DNA from: Phycisphaera sp. TMED24
GTDB taxonomy: Bacteria; Planctomycetota; Phycisphaerae; Phycisphaerales; SM1A02
DNA: 64,000 nt
Direction: 5' to 3'
NCBI GenBank assembly: GCA_002168105.2
Contig: NHCD02000037.1
Coordinates: 35,105 to 99,104, forward strand
Shown: piece after piece, positions 39,521-49,340 of the stretch
Layout of the letters: each line of letters begins with the position of its first letter
How positions within the stretch are numbered: position 1 is the first letter of the stretch
Made by a program: the position numbers and the translations under genes
Notes under the pieces: generated by a model
What the model was told of the DNA's origin: nothing
Databases searched by the model: none
Seen by the model: only the letters and a program-made list of their open reading frames with translations

Positions 39521-40018
39521 ATGCAACTCTCCAGTAACCCCTACTTTTATTTGTTTGTGTTTCTTGTAAGTGCAATACTCAAACTTGCTCGGGCCATTTT
39601 CAAACTTGCTCGGGCCATTTTTAAACTTCGTCAACTCGCTCAATCCATGGTTCGCTACTCGGATGACGGTAACGAAGACTGCCGAGTCCGTGACTTCTGG
39701 GTAACCCACATGAAGGATTCTGACTTGAGGAATTGCGCAGAGGAGATTCTCTGTTCTCGACTACTCATCTCGTCCGCCATATTTGCGGAACCTTATTTGT
39801 TTGGATTCAGATCCAAGGGGCAAGCTCGAATCAGGTCCAATGACATTCAAGCTTTCGCAAGGTATGTGTTCGAAGCGGGGAAGCTCCACAGCGTTGGATC
39901 AAGGAAACCACTCGTTCAAAAGATGATTGAACATTGTAATTCTGTCGCGCGGTATCCCAAGTGTCCAACTGAACCAGTTTCTGGTCCCGTTGACAAATCA
40001 TCGGGCTCTTTAGCCTAG
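39521..40018 (+). CDS. AT-rich orphan ORF (uncertain)
   Basis: 165-codon open frame filling the gap between convergent genes; composition differs from the neighbours; no motif recognised. Confidence 0.3.
   Translation: MQLSSNPYFYLFVFLVSAILKLARAIFKLARAIFKLRQLAQSMVRYSDDGNEDCRVRDFWVTHMKDSDLRNCAEEILCSRLLISSAIFAEPYLFGFRSKGQARIRSNDIQAFARYVFEAGKLHSVGSRKPLVQKMIEHCNSVARYPKCPTEPVSGPVDKSSGSLA
39580..39628. repeat. 21-bp tandem repeat (2 exact copies plus a partial third)
   Basis: CAAACTTGCTCGGGCCATTTT at 39580-39600 and 39601-39621, then TAAACTT. Confidence 0.9.
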
Positions 40019-40019
40019 A

Positions 40020-41699
40020 TCACCCTCGCGTCAGCTTGCGGTATTTCAATCGCGTCGGGTTGACCGCAGCATCTCCCAGACGCCGTCGTCGGTCGGCTTC
40101 ATACAGCGTCCAGCCTCCCTCGAACCACCGAACTTCAGAGTCGCCTTCAAAGGCCAAGATGTGCGTGGCCACGCGGTCGAGGAACCAGCGGTCGTGGCTG
40201 ATGACCAAGACGCATCCGGCGTACTCGCCGATGGCTTCTTCCAACGCCCGCATGGTGTTCACGTCGAGGTCGTTGTTGGGTTCGTCAAGCAGCAGCACAT
40301 TTGAAGGGTCGCGAAGCAGTCGAGCCAAATGCACCCGGTTGCGTTCACCACCCGACAGCACGCCAACTTCTTTGGACTGGTCGTTGCCCGTGAAGCCAAA
40401 GCGGTTGACGTAAGCACGGCTGTTCAGGGTTCTTCCCCCAAAATCAAGTTCGTCGCTGCCGCCAGAAATGGCTTCCCAGACAGTTTCGTTGTCCGGAAGT
40501 TCGTCGCGGAACTGTCCGACGTGGGCCAACTTGACGGTCTCACCCAATTCCACGGCCCCTTGATCGGGAGATTCGTGCCCGGTGATCATCCGGAACAGCG
40601 TGGTTTTGCCCGCACCGTTCGCTCCAACAATGCCAACGATCGCGCCAGGGGGGACGCTAAACGAGAGATCTTGGAACAAAAGGTTTTCGCCGTAGGCCTT
40701 GGCGATGTCTTTGACTTCGATAACTTTGGTGCCAAGCCGGGGGCCTTGGGCTACCAAGATTTCCACTTCGGTCTCATCGCCCTTGCCGCGTTGGTCGGCC
40801 AACTGCTCATACCGTTCAATCCGAGCCTTGTTTTTGGCTTGGCGGCCAGAAGGGCTCTTTTGCACCCATTCCAATTCGCGTTTGAGCGCTTTTTGTCGCT
40901 TGGATTCACCCCGCTCTTCGCGTTCCAAGCGTTTGCGCTTTTGCTCGAGCCACGTGGAATAGTTGCCTTCCCAGGGGATGCCTTCTCCGCGGTCCAGTTC
41001 CAAAATCCAACCCGCCACGTTGTCCAAGAAGTATCGGTCGTGGGTCACGGCGATGATGGTGCCCTCGTACTGGGCAAGATGCTGTTCCAGCCAGTGCACG
41101 CTTTCGGCGTCGAGGTGGTTGGTGGGTTCATCCAGCAAAAGAACTGCAGGTTTCTGAAGGAGCAGTCGGCAAAGGGCCACCCGTCTTCGTTCGCCACCCG
41201 AGAGTTCGTTGACCGGTCGATCGGAGGGCGGGCAACGCAGGGCTTCCATGGCCATGTCCAGCCGAGCATCGAGATCCCACGCGCCAGCGAGTTCGAGTTT
41301 TTCTTGCAGGTCGCCTTGTTTCTCGAGCAGCTTCTCCATCTCTTCGGGCGTCATTTCTTCGGCGAACTTCTCGTTGATGGCGTCGTAGTCCGCGAGCATT
41401 TGTTTGATTTCGCCCACACCTTCTTCCACGACCTCGAGCACAGTTCTGGTTTCACCGGCCAAGGGCTCTTGTTCGAGATACCCGATTGGGTAGCCCCCGG
41501 CGGCAGTGATCTTGCCTTCGTACTCGGTGTCGAGGCCGGCCATGATCTTGAGCAAGGTGGATTTGCCCGACCCGTTCAGGCCCAAGACGCCGATCTTCGC
41601 GCCGTAGTAGAAAGAAAGCGAAATGTCTTTGATGATCTCTTTGCGATTGATGGTCTTGGAGACCCCCATCATGGAGTAGATGATTTGCGTGTCGTTCAC
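40020..41699 (-). CDS. ettA: Energy-dependent translational throttle ABC-F protein
   Basis: IIKDISLSFYYGAKIGVLGLNGSGKST, LSGGERRRVALC, LLDEPTNHLDAESV.WLE, THDRYFLDNVAGWILELDRG, THILAFEGDS. Confidence 0.96.
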   Translation of the reverse strand: MNDTQIIYSMMGVSKTINRKEIIKDISLSFYYGAKIGVLGLNGSGKSTLLKIMAGLDTEYEGKITAAGGYPIGYLEQEPLAGETRTVLEVVEEGVGEIKQMLADYDAINEKFAEEMTPEEMEKLLEKQGDLQEKLELAGAWDLDARLDMAMEALRCPPSDRPVNELSGGERRRVALCRLLLQKPAVLLLDEPTNHLDAESVHWLEQHLAQYEGTIIAVTHDRYFLDNVAGWILELDRGEGIPWEGNYSTWLEQKRKRLEREERGESKRQKALKRELEWVQKSPSGRQAKNKARIERYEQLADQRGKGDETEVEILVAQGPRLGTKVIEVKDIAKAYGENLLFQDLSFSVPPGAIVGIVGANGAGKTTLFRMITGHESPDQGAVELGETVKLAHVGQFRDELPDNETVWEAISGGSDELDFGGRTLNSRAYVNRFGFTGNDQSKEVGVLSGGERNRVHLARLLRDPSNVLLLDEPNNDLDVNTMRALEEAIGEYAGCVLVISHDRWFLDRVATHILAFEGDSEVRWFEGGWTLYEADRRRRLGDAAVNPTRLKYRKLTRG

Positions 41700-42337
41700 G
41701 ATGCTGCCTCGCGAATTTCGGCCAGTTTGTCGTCATCCAACCCAAGGAACTCGTACATGTAACGGTCGTAGGTCTCTTGGTCCTCGTCTCGGGAAAAGTC
41801 GAGTCGCAGTTCATTGATGACCTTGGTGCCTTGTTGGATCCAGTCTTCCCAAGTTTCTTGGGCCACATGCTCACCGAGCCACGCGCCCACGGGTCCTTTG
41901 AATGGGGGGGATTCCATCTTGGTTCCCGGTTTTCCGGTTCGCTTGCATACGAAGGTGCCCGAAGCTCGAAGGGCTTCTGCGGCCGCGTTGGCGTCGGGAC
42001 TGCTCTTGGGGGGCTCGCGTCCAATCGACGACAAGAGATCTTCCATGGCCCGTACGGGCATCAAGTCGCCACGAGACGAGGCTTCGGCATGCCCTTTTTC
42101 CAAGACCTCGGCGGCGGCATCGGCATCGCCAGCTTCGATCAAGCTGGCGCCGAGCAGTTCCCAGCCCCGGCTCATGCCCGGATTGAGTTCTACGCATTTT
42201 CGCAAGGCCTCGGCGGCTTCATTCCACGAGCCGGTGGCGTGCAGGTTGGTGCCAAGGCTGAACCAAGCCATGTCGTTGGTGGGGTCTGATTCCGCCATGA
42301 AGCGGAAGCGTTCGATACGTTCGGCATGTTCACTCAT
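41696..42337 (-). CDS. TPR domain fused to a YggX-like Fe(II)-trafficking/oxidative-damage protection domain
   Basis: N-terminal TPRs (DPTNDMAWFSLG, CVELNPGMSRGWELLG); C-terminal FVCKRTG..MESPPFKGPVG..WEDWIQQGTKVINELRLD..MYEFL. Confidence 0.85.
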   Translation of the reverse strand: MSEHAERIERFRFMAESDPTNDMAWFSLGTNLHATGSWNEAAEALRKCVELNPGMSRGWELLGASLIEAGDADAAAEVLEKGHAEASSRGDLMPVRAMEDLLSSIGREPPKSSPDANAAAEALRASGTFVCKRTGKPGTKMESPPFKGPVGAWLGEHVAQETWEDWIQQGTKVINELRLDFSRDEDQETYDRYMYEFLGLDDDKLAEIREAAS

Positions 42338-42376
42338 ATAAGACGAATCATAGGTCCGAGCGCTGACCGATATAGG

Positions 42377-43324
42377 ATGACCATGATGGACGACCCCCTC
42401 GGCATCGAGTTGGCCGGCGTCCGGCTCCGCAACCCGGTGATTGCCGCCGCTGGGACCTGTGGGTACGGCGCGGAGTTTGACCGAGTGCTTCCAGCCTCGG
42501 CCCTAGGGGCCATCACCCTCAAATCCATCACCCCCGAAGCCCGTGACGGCAACCAGCCCTGGCGCATCTTGGATGCCAAAGCGGGCATGTTGAACGCCAT
42601 TGGCCTGGCCAACTGTGGTCTCGAAGCATTTTTGCACGAGAAATTGCCGGCGGCGGCCGCCCTCGACACGGTTTTGATTGGCTCCATTGCTGGCCATTCG
42701 GTGGAGGAGTACTGCACCGTGGCCAAAGCCTTTGGCACTGCGGAAGCCCTCTCCATGGTTGAGGTCAATGCCAGTTGTCCCAACACCAGCGATGGTCGGC
42801 AGTTCAGTGCCGACCCGTCGGCCTTGGGCGAGTTGATTGAGCGAATCAGGCGGGTGCTCGGGCCCAAGCCCATGCTGGTGAAGTTGCCCCCGGACATGGC
42901 CGACCCTGTGGGCATGTGCTCGGCTGCGGTTGACGCAGGTGCCAGCGGATTGACCCTTTCCAACACGTGGCCAGCGCTGGCCATTGATGTCGAAAGCCGC
43001 AAGCCAAGGCTGTCTCGGGGCACCGGAGGATTTTCAGGCCCGGGCATTCACCCCATGGTGGTGAAATTGGTACGAGAAGTCTTCGTCAATTTCGCTCGCG
43101 ATCGAAGGGTGCCCATTGTTGGCTTGGGTGGGGTGTTGGATTGGGAAGACGCGGCCGAGTTTGTGTTGGCCGGCGCGACGGGAATTGGCTTGGGCACGGC
43201 TCTGTTCGTGGACCCCGCGTTGGCTCGAAAGTGTGCCAAAGGCCTCCAAAAATGGACCAACCGGCAAGGCCAACCGTTGCACGCGTTGATCGGAGCCATG
43301 GATGAACCAGGAGATCCGGCATGA
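42377..43324 (+). CDS. pyrD: Dihydroorotate dehydrogenase (family 1)
   Basis: LRNPVIAAAGT, ITLKSIT.EAR.GN, GMLNAIGLAN, EVNASCPN, LVKL, GGFSGPGI, IVGLGGV. Start may be 42383 or 42386. Confidence 0.93.
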   Translation: MTMMDDPLGIELAGVRLRNPVIAAAGTCGYGAEFDRVLPASALGAITLKSITPEARDGNQPWRILDAKAGMLNAIGLANCGLEAFLHEKLPAAAALDTVLIGSIAGHSVEEYCTVAKAFGTAEALSMVEVNASCPNTSDGRQFSADPSALGELIERIRRVLGPKPMLVKLPPDMADPVGMCSAAVDAGASGLTLSNTWPALAIDVESRKPRLSRGTGGFSGPGIHPMVVKLVREVFVNFARDRRVPIVGLGGVLDWEDAAEFVLAGATGIGLGTALFVDPALARKCAKGLQKWTNRQGQPLHALIGAMDEPGDPA

Positions 43325-44451
43325 TTGACGGCGAATTTTCTTTGCGGGTGCCTTGCGGCCGAGGCTTGGTCGACTGGCTCGAAGTCGAGCTCGACGAACT
43401 CGGCTTCACTGAGCGTCTGCCCGCGCGAACATGGGTTGATTTGAATGGGACGCTGCCCGAAGCGGCGTCCATTGTGATTTGGAGCCGGCTGGCCACCACA
43501 GTGTTGGTTGAAATAGGCCGTTTCCCGTGCACCGGCCCTCATGAACTGTACGAAGGGGTGTCTCGCATCCCGTGGGAGCAGTGGTTGGATCCAGATGGCT
43601 ATGTCAGTGTCCATGGCCATGTCAAACACCCCATGATTCGCAATTCCATGTACGCCAATCAACTGGTGAAGGACGCCCTTTGCGATCGGTTGGTCAATCG
43701 CACGGGCCGTCGACCGGATTCGGGTCCCGATCGATCTGGGGTGGTGGTTGATTTGTACTGGGCCGGTGATGAGGCGCGCGTGTACTTGGACGCGGCTGGC
43801 CGGAAGTTGACCGACCGTGGATACCGCCGGGATGGGGCCTATGCCCCTTTGCGGGAATCTTTGGCGGCGGCAATGGTCCGAGCATCAGGACTGCAAGCTG
43901 GAGAGCCGGTAGTCGCTCCCATGTGCGGTTCGGGGACCCTTGGGATTGAGGCGGCATTGGCATCCTCGGGCAGGCCTCCTGGTTTGCTGCGTCCTGGACA
44001 TGCCATGGAGCAATGGCTGGGCTTTGACCACGACGTCTGGAAAAGAATGCGAGCGGCGGCCCGAAAGCAGGGCGGGCAGACCACGGCTCCGATCATCCTG
44101 TCAGATACCGATGCTTATGCCCTTGAATCAGCCCGCGCCAATGCTCAAACGGCGGGGGTTCTCGAACGCATCGATTTGAGGTTGGAGGAGTTTGACGCCA
44201 CCCCTCTCTGCAAGGATGCCGTGATCTTTGTGAATCCCCCCTGGGGGCTGCGATTGGGGGAGGAAGAGGCTCTGGTCCCTCTCTATCGGGCGTTGGGCGA
44301 TTGGATGAAGCAAGGAGCCACCGGCGGAAGGGGCTACGTGTTGACGGGCAGCCCCCGCTTGGCGAAGGAGGTTGGGCTTCGCCCCAGCCGGCGTATTCCG
44401 TTTGTGGTTGGGGATATTGAGTGCCGGCTGCTGGAATTTCCTCTTCATTGA
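43321..44451 (+). CDS. THUMP-domain SAM-dependent RNA methyltransferase (RlmL-like)
   Basis: VKDALCD, RGYR..APLRESLAAAM, PMCGSGTLGIEAA, FVNPPWGLRLG. Confidence 0.9.
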   Translation: MIDGEFSLRVPCGRGLVDWLEVELDELGFTERLPARTWVDLNGTLPEAASIVIWSRLATTVLVEIGRFPCTGPHELYEGVSRIPWEQWLDPDGYVSVHGHVKHPMIRNSMYANQLVKDALCDRLVNRTGRRPDSGPDRSGVVVDLYWAGDEARVYLDAAGRKLTDRGYRRDGAYAPLRESLAAAMVRASGLQAGEPVVAPMCGSGTLGIEAALASSGRPPGLLRPGHAMEQWLGFDHDVWKRMRAAARKQGGQTTAPIILSDTDAYALESARANAQTAGVLERIDLRLEEFDATPLCKDAVIFVNPPWGLRLGEEEALVPLYRALGDWMKQGATGGRGYVLTGSPRLAKEVGLRPSRRIPFVVGDIECRLLEFPLH

Positions 44452-44583
44452 GTCCATCTGTACGGCTTCTGCGGATTCTTCCCATCTTTTCCTTTAGAAA
44501 ATGTCCTGAACCTCTTGAGTCTGCTCGAGAGTCGGGTACATTCAGCATGTCCGCACGTTTGCGTACACCTGGTCCGCGTGACC

Positions 44584-44804
44584 GGGCGAGAGAAGAGAGA
44601 GAACCTCGCCCAGCCAAATCGGACGACATCCGCCATGCGGCGGTCTGAATCCTTGTCCTGAGTTTTCTCAGGCCTCAGACCCGTTCTCATGGTGTGGCTC
44701 AGAAGCCACGGCCCCTCGAGGTGAGAGACGAGGGATCATTGCTTCTTCCCAAGGGATGTCGTCTTCGGCTGGGCGCAGGGGACGCGAAGAGAAGAGAGAT
44801 CCAG
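44584..44804 (+). ncRNA. Candidate structured RNA leader (unclassified)
   Basis: Long-range complementarity 44607-44615/44767-44775 and 44622-44631/44754-44763 enclosing at least three hairpins; 12-nt direct repeat at both ends. Confidence 0.45.
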
Positions 44805-45515
44805 ATGTCCCCCAAAATGCTGGTCCCCTTGTCCGCCATGGTTGCGGCGAGCCCTGTCTTTGCAGGCGTTGCCTACTTCAACAATCCGGTGTTGTTTGAC
44901 GGCATCATTGAAGACGATCTGGTGATTCGAGAGACCTTCGAGGCAGGTGACGCTGCGTCCGCCGATGGACAAACTGTTTTTTGCGATACCCCTCTCACTG
45001 TTCGCTTGAATTACTCCGATTCGATGTCGCCTTTTGTTCTTGCCGTGCAAGACGAAGGTGATCCACTCCCACCCATCGGTCTCCCCCAAGGCTTTGGCTA
45101 TGACACCACGCTCCCAGATGGTGAGGGAACTTTCTTGCAAGTTTCCGGTGGTGCTGAATCAGGTTCTTGGAATGTGGAGTTCGAGACGCCAGGTGAGATG
45201 GCCGCATTCGGCTTCACCATGACTGGATTTGATGGTGGACGAATAGACGACAACTCAGAATCAGGATTCTTGGTGGAATTCATTCAAGATGGCGATGTGG
45301 TTGACGATGAGTACGTCGAATTGGATGCCTCGTTTGCCGATCGATTCCACGGGTTTGTTACCGGTGGCACATTCGACTCAGTTCGAGTGAGCGTCTACGG
45401 GGGCGACTATGTTGGCTTTGACGATGTCCGCATGGGCTTCGTTGAGGTACCCGCACCTGGCGTGCTTGCTCTGATCGGCTTGGGTGCTCTGGGCCGTCGG
45501 CGTCGCCGAAACTGA
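44805..45515 (+). CDS. Secreted protein with PEP-CTERM-like (VPAPG) sorting tail
   Basis: Signal peptide ending VFA; acidic beta-rich body; C-terminus VPAPGVLALIGLGALGRRRRRN. Confidence 0.88.
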   Translation: MSPKMLVPLSAMVAASPVFAGVAYFNNPVLFDGIIEDDLVIRETFEAGDAASADGQTVFCDTPLTVRLNYSDSMSPFVLAVQDEGDPLPPIGLPQGFGYDTTLPDGEGTFLQVSGGAESGSWNVEFETPGEMAAFGFTMTGFDGGRIDDNSESGFLVEFIQDGDVVDDEYVELDASFADRFHGFVTGGTFDSVRVSVYGGDYVGFDDVRMGFVEVPAPGVLALIGLGALGRRRRRN

Positions 45516-45549
45516 ACTTCAGCATTTCAGCTCACGAGCACATTCCAAC

Positions 45550-46473
45550 TCAAGTTGGATTCTCGTCCATTTGGTCGGTCTGGCTTCGAATAATCTGCTG
45601 AGCCAGAGCATCAGCGATACCGCCAACTCCCTCAACCTGAGTCCACCCTTTGGCGTGGACGGCCTCCAGAGTGAGGCACAGCGCATCGATCGCCGGAATG
45701 ATGATGTCGGCCCGGTCTTCAGGCATTCCGAACAGCTGGGTTCGTTCTCGAGCTGACAAGGGGGCCAGATCAGAACGCCACTGCTTCAACAGGGATTCAT
45801 CCAGAAAGTGCTGGGCCGTCATGTGATGCATGGTCCGGAACGCACCCCCAAGCCCAATGCAGGTGTTGGCTTGGTGGTTGGCGGTGAAGGCGCGAAGCCG
45901 ATCCTGTTCACGATGAATGCGTGCCAGTGCATCCGTGGTTTCCGAATCCACTGCTTGTTGCCAACGGACAGCGCCAAGTTGAAACGATGAGCATCGCAGC
46001 ATTTGACCGTCGTGTCCAAGAATCAATTCCAAGCTCCCGCCTCCCAGATCAGCAACCAGAAAAGGTCCCGGAAGTGGCCGAACCGCAGCAACCGACCGCA
46101 ACGCCAATTGTGCTTCTTGCTCACCGGACAAAACTTCGATGCCAATTTGTGTGGCTTCTTGAACGCTCCGAATGACCTCATCACGATCATCAGCCTCACG
46201 CAACGCGCTTGTCGCGACCGCAAGCCAATGGGGCGGGGCGTTGGAGGATTCTCTCGTGAGATTCACGACATTTTTTTGAAAGTGTTGGATTGCGTCGATG
46301 ATCCGCTGGGTCTCATTCCCCACTCTTCCGGTTGCGAACACTGAATCTCCGATTCGGATCGGGCTTCGGTCACGATGGAGAACCTTCAAATGGCCATGCT
46401 GGCCAGGGCAAGCCACCAAGAAACGGATGGCATTGGAACCCAAATCGACGATGCAGGCGACAGGGGGTGACAT
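45550..46473 (-). CDS. ppx: Ppx/GppA-family exopolyphosphatase (short form)
   Basis: IVDLGSNAIR, AVATSALREA, IEVLSGEQEA, ADLGGGSLE, LGAVR, DRADIIIP. Confidence 0.9.
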   Translation of the reverse strand: MSPPVACIVDLGSNAIRFLVACPGQHGHLKVLHRDRSPIRIGDSVFATGRVGNETQRIIDAIQHFQKNVVNLTRESSNAPPHWLAVATSALREADDRDEVIRSVQEATQIGIEVLSGEQEAQLALRSVAAVRPLPGPFLVADLGGGSLELILGHDGQMLRCSSFQLGAVRWQQAVDSETTDALARIHREQDRLRAFTANHQANTCIGLGGAFRTMHHMTAQHFLDESLLKQWRSDLAPLSARERTQLFGMPEDRADIIIPAIDALCLTLEAVHAKGWTQVEGVGGIADALAQQIIRSQTDQMDENPT

Positions 46474-46771
46474 GCCGGTCAGCGTATCGACTGCTCGATT
46501 TTTGGGGAACCTTTTGTCACAGTCGTGACCAATCACTCTTCGACTCGCGAAGAGGGTCGGATCGCGTCGTTGATGGTTGTGTATTGATGTTTGTCTTTCG
46601 AAAGCGCGTTCCTCAATCCTGACAACTTTTGATCAACTCGGAGGTACAATCCCGCCCCAATCCTGTGACGTCTTTCGAGTTGATCTGGCTCTGGCTTCAC
46701 AACCACGTCCCCAATTGAATCACCGGCGGTCCAAAGTTGACACGCGGTGAGCCCTCCCCGAGAGAAACGGC

Positions 46772-48577
46772 ATGTCCGACATCACTTTTCGATTTCCTCG
46801 TTTTCTTTCCTCTGTTCCCAAAGTTTTTGATCTTCGATCAGGGACAAGTGGATCTTCACGCGCCGACATCCTCTCTGGCCTCACCGTCGCGCTCGCGCTG
46901 GTGCCTGAGGCTGTGGCCTTTGCTTTTCTTGCTGGCGTTCCTCCCTTGGTTGGTTTGTACGCGGCATTTATTTTGTGCCTGGTGACATCTGTTTTGGGGG
47001 GACGCCCGGGCATGATTTCTGGGGCCACTGGTGCGATGGGGGTGGTTGTCGTTGCTTTGGTTGCCGATCACGGCATCGGTTATTTGTTTCCGGCCGTGGT
47101 CCTCTGCGGCCTGCTTCAGATGGCAGCCGGACTTCTGAAGTTGGGCAAGTTCATACGCATCGTGCCCCACCCGGTCATGCTGGGATTTGTCAATGGTCTT
47201 GCGGTGGTGATTTTGCTGGCCCAAGTTGGCAGCTTTCAAACCCTCGGCGACCAAGGGGCCATGGTCTTTCTTAGTGGAACTCGTCTGTGGCTGATGTTGG
47301 GTCTGGTGGCCATCACCATGGCGATCATCGCATTTCTTCCGCGCTTGACCAAGGCGATGCCTTCTTCTTTGGCGGCCATCCTCTTGGTATCAGCCGTGGG
47401 ATACGTGGTGAATTCCGATCCCGATGCTGCAGCGGACCAACCTCGACCACTCCTTACGGTTGGAGACATGCTCTACAGCAGCACTGTCGCCTCGGCCGTG
47501 CAAGATGCCCAGGACAAGAAGAACGCGGCGATTCTGGCGACCAATTCAGCTCGTTTGCCAGAAGGTCTCTCCGCGGTGTTCTTGGAGGATGCGACATCTG
47601 TACCTTTGAATGGGGCGGAACTCGCCGGAGCAGTGGCTTCGGTCGACCCTTCGTCGGTTGGGATTGCCGGTGGTTTTCCTCGTCCTGCCTGGTGGGATTT
47701 TGAATGGCCTCCATTCGCTCTTGAAACCCTGATCATTATTTTCCCTTTTTCGCTGATTCTGGCTGGGGTGGGACTGATCGAGTCCCTCATGACCATGACC
47801 CTCATTGATGAGTTGACCAACACCAGGGGCAGTGGCAACCGTGAATGTGTGGGCCAAGGGGTCGCCAACATCACCTGCGGTCTTCTTGGAGGCATGGGGG
47901 GATGCGCGATGATTGGTCAATCTTTGATCAACATCAAATCCGGTGGTCGTGGGCGCTTGTCGGGTATGACCGCTGCGGTGGCTTTGTTGTTGTTTATCTT
48001 GTTCTTCGCGCCGTACATCGAGAGGGTCCCCATGGCCGCCCTGGTTGGGGTGATGTTTATGGTGGTGATCGGTACGTTTGAATGGACCACACTGCAAACA
48101 TGGCGACGAATCCCCGCGCCTGAGATCCTCATTATGGTCGTGGTCTCGGTCTACACGGTTCTGATGCATGATCTTGCGTCTGCGGTCATTTTTGGCGTGG
48201 CACTTTCTGCGATCGTCTTTTCATGGAACAAGAGCAAGCACTTGCTGGCCGATGCCCACTTCAATGAATACGGGGCAAAGATCTACCAGCTGCACGGCGT
48301 GCTGTTTTTTGGGTCGGTGGCCAGGTTTAAAACTTTGTTTTCTCCACAAGACGACCCTGATGTTGTGGTGATCGACTTTTATTTTTCTCGGGTATACGAC
48401 CAGTCAGCCCTGGAGGCCATCAATGCTCTGGCCGATCGGTATGAGAAGTTGGGGAAGAAAATCCACTTGAGACATCTCAGCGAGGACTGTCGCCGTCTTC
48501 TCCATAGAGCAGGCGATCTTGTCGAAGTGAATATCTCAGAAGACCCGCATTACCACGTTGCCACCGACCACGCGTGA
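46772..48577 (+). CDS. SulP-family anion transporter with STAS domain
   Basis: [68 protein letters not shown]. Confidence 0.95.
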   Translation: MSDITFRFPRFLSSVPKVFDLRSGTSGSSRADILSGLTVALALVPEAVAFAFLAGVPPLVGLYAAFILCLVTSVLGGRPGMISGATGAMGVVVVALVADHGIGYLFPAVVLCGLLQMAAGLLKLGKFIRIVPHPVMLGFVNGLAVVILLAQVGSFQTLGDQGAMVFLSGTRLWLMLGLVAITMAIIAFLPRLTKAMPSSLAAILLVSAVGYVVNSDPDAAADQPRPLLTVGDMLYSSTVASAVQDAQDKKNAAILATNSARLPEGLSAVFLEDATSVPLNGAELAGAVASVDPSSVGIAGGFPRPAWWDFEWPPFALETLIIIFPFSLILAGVGLIESLMTMTLIDELTNTRGSGNRECVGQGVANITCGLLGGMGGCAMIGQSLINIKSGGRGRLSGMTAAVALLLFILFFAPYIERVPMAALVGVMFMVVIGTFEWTTLQTWRRIPAPEILIMVVVSVYTVLMHDLASAVIFGVALSAIVFSWNKSKHLLADAHFNEYGAKIYQLHGVLFFGSVARFKTLFSPQDDPDVVVIDFYFSRVYDQSALEAINALADRYEKLGKKIHLRHLSEDCRRLLHRAGDLVEVNISEDPHYHVATDHA

Positions 48578-48631
48578 AGCCTCTCGGCTCTGGTTGGTCT
48601 TGGGACAGATGCCAATTCCAAACGAACCGCT

Positions 48632-49300
48632 TCAGCCTTGTGGGGGGCAGCACAGAACGCCCCAGTCTTTGTCATGAAATGATTCTGTAATAATGGTCGC
48701 CAGCACCGGGAGCAGATGTCCCATGAAAGCAGCACAGCGTCGGATTTGGGCGCGGTTCAGTTTGCTGCCGCAGGTGGCAGCGCCGTGGACCAGTTGACAC
48801 CTTCCGAGATACACCCGAGCAAGGGTGAGGTCGAGCGCTGCCCGATATCTCTTTTCTCGCATGGCCTCGAGAAAATTCCTTTTTGCCCGCTCGGCATTTT
48901 TTTCTGCGGCAATCTTCCCCTCGGACCAGAATTGCCGGCTGAGCCAGAGGTCGCCGCATAGAGCACTCGCCAACTTTTTGTGTTCGATTAGAAAAGCTTG
49001 AAGGTGTCGATTGCTTCGTGCATCAGCTTCGTACAGCATCATCAGACATCGTTCTTGGCTGGGAAGATCCTCTTCTGGCTTCCCAGCCGCTTCATTCCAT
49101 GTGCCATAGATCGCATTCCATGCCGCCCACAGCCACACCAATCTGGCGTCATCCTCAGCTGAATCCACGGGCAGTTCTTGCGACCTCGCCAGCCATGAAA
49201 ACATTCTGTGCATCCGAACCGCAGTCTCTTCAGGAGCCTACGCCTTGAAAGGCTTCCAAGACCGGCGGAGGTCTCGAACCGATGGGGGTGTTTGGGACAT
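48632..49300 (-). pseudogene. HEPN-domain protein (Apea-like) interrupted by an in-frame TAG at codon 21; a restart at ATG 49213 is possible
   Basis: In frame: MSQTPPSVRDLRRSWKPFKA*APEETAVRMHRMFSWL..LWAAWNAIYG..YLGRCQLVHG (Rx4H)..DWG. TAG at 49240-49238. Confidence 0.65.
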
Positions 49301-49340
49301 AATGAGCTTCCAAAGGGCAACTCTGTCGTGCGATTCCGAA

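Noticed and set aside
39580-39628. Repeat considered as a CRISPR array
   Set aside because: The copies are directly adjacent with no spacers, and there are no cas genes.
27535-41762. Long antisense ORFs (27535-28827, 30358-31725, 40329-41762 and others)
   Set aside because: They are shadows of well-supported genes in GC-rich DNA and carry no recognisable motifs.
44640-44755. Glycine-riboswitch-like words on the minus strand (GAAGAAGCAA, AAAACTCAGGACAAGGA)
   Set aside because: The core GGAGA/CCGAAG arrangement is missing, and no minus-strand gene lies downstream.
45550-49340. Possible genomic island integrated at tRNA-Pro
   Set aside because: No integrase, no duplicated tRNA 3' end (att site) found, and no clear composition shift.
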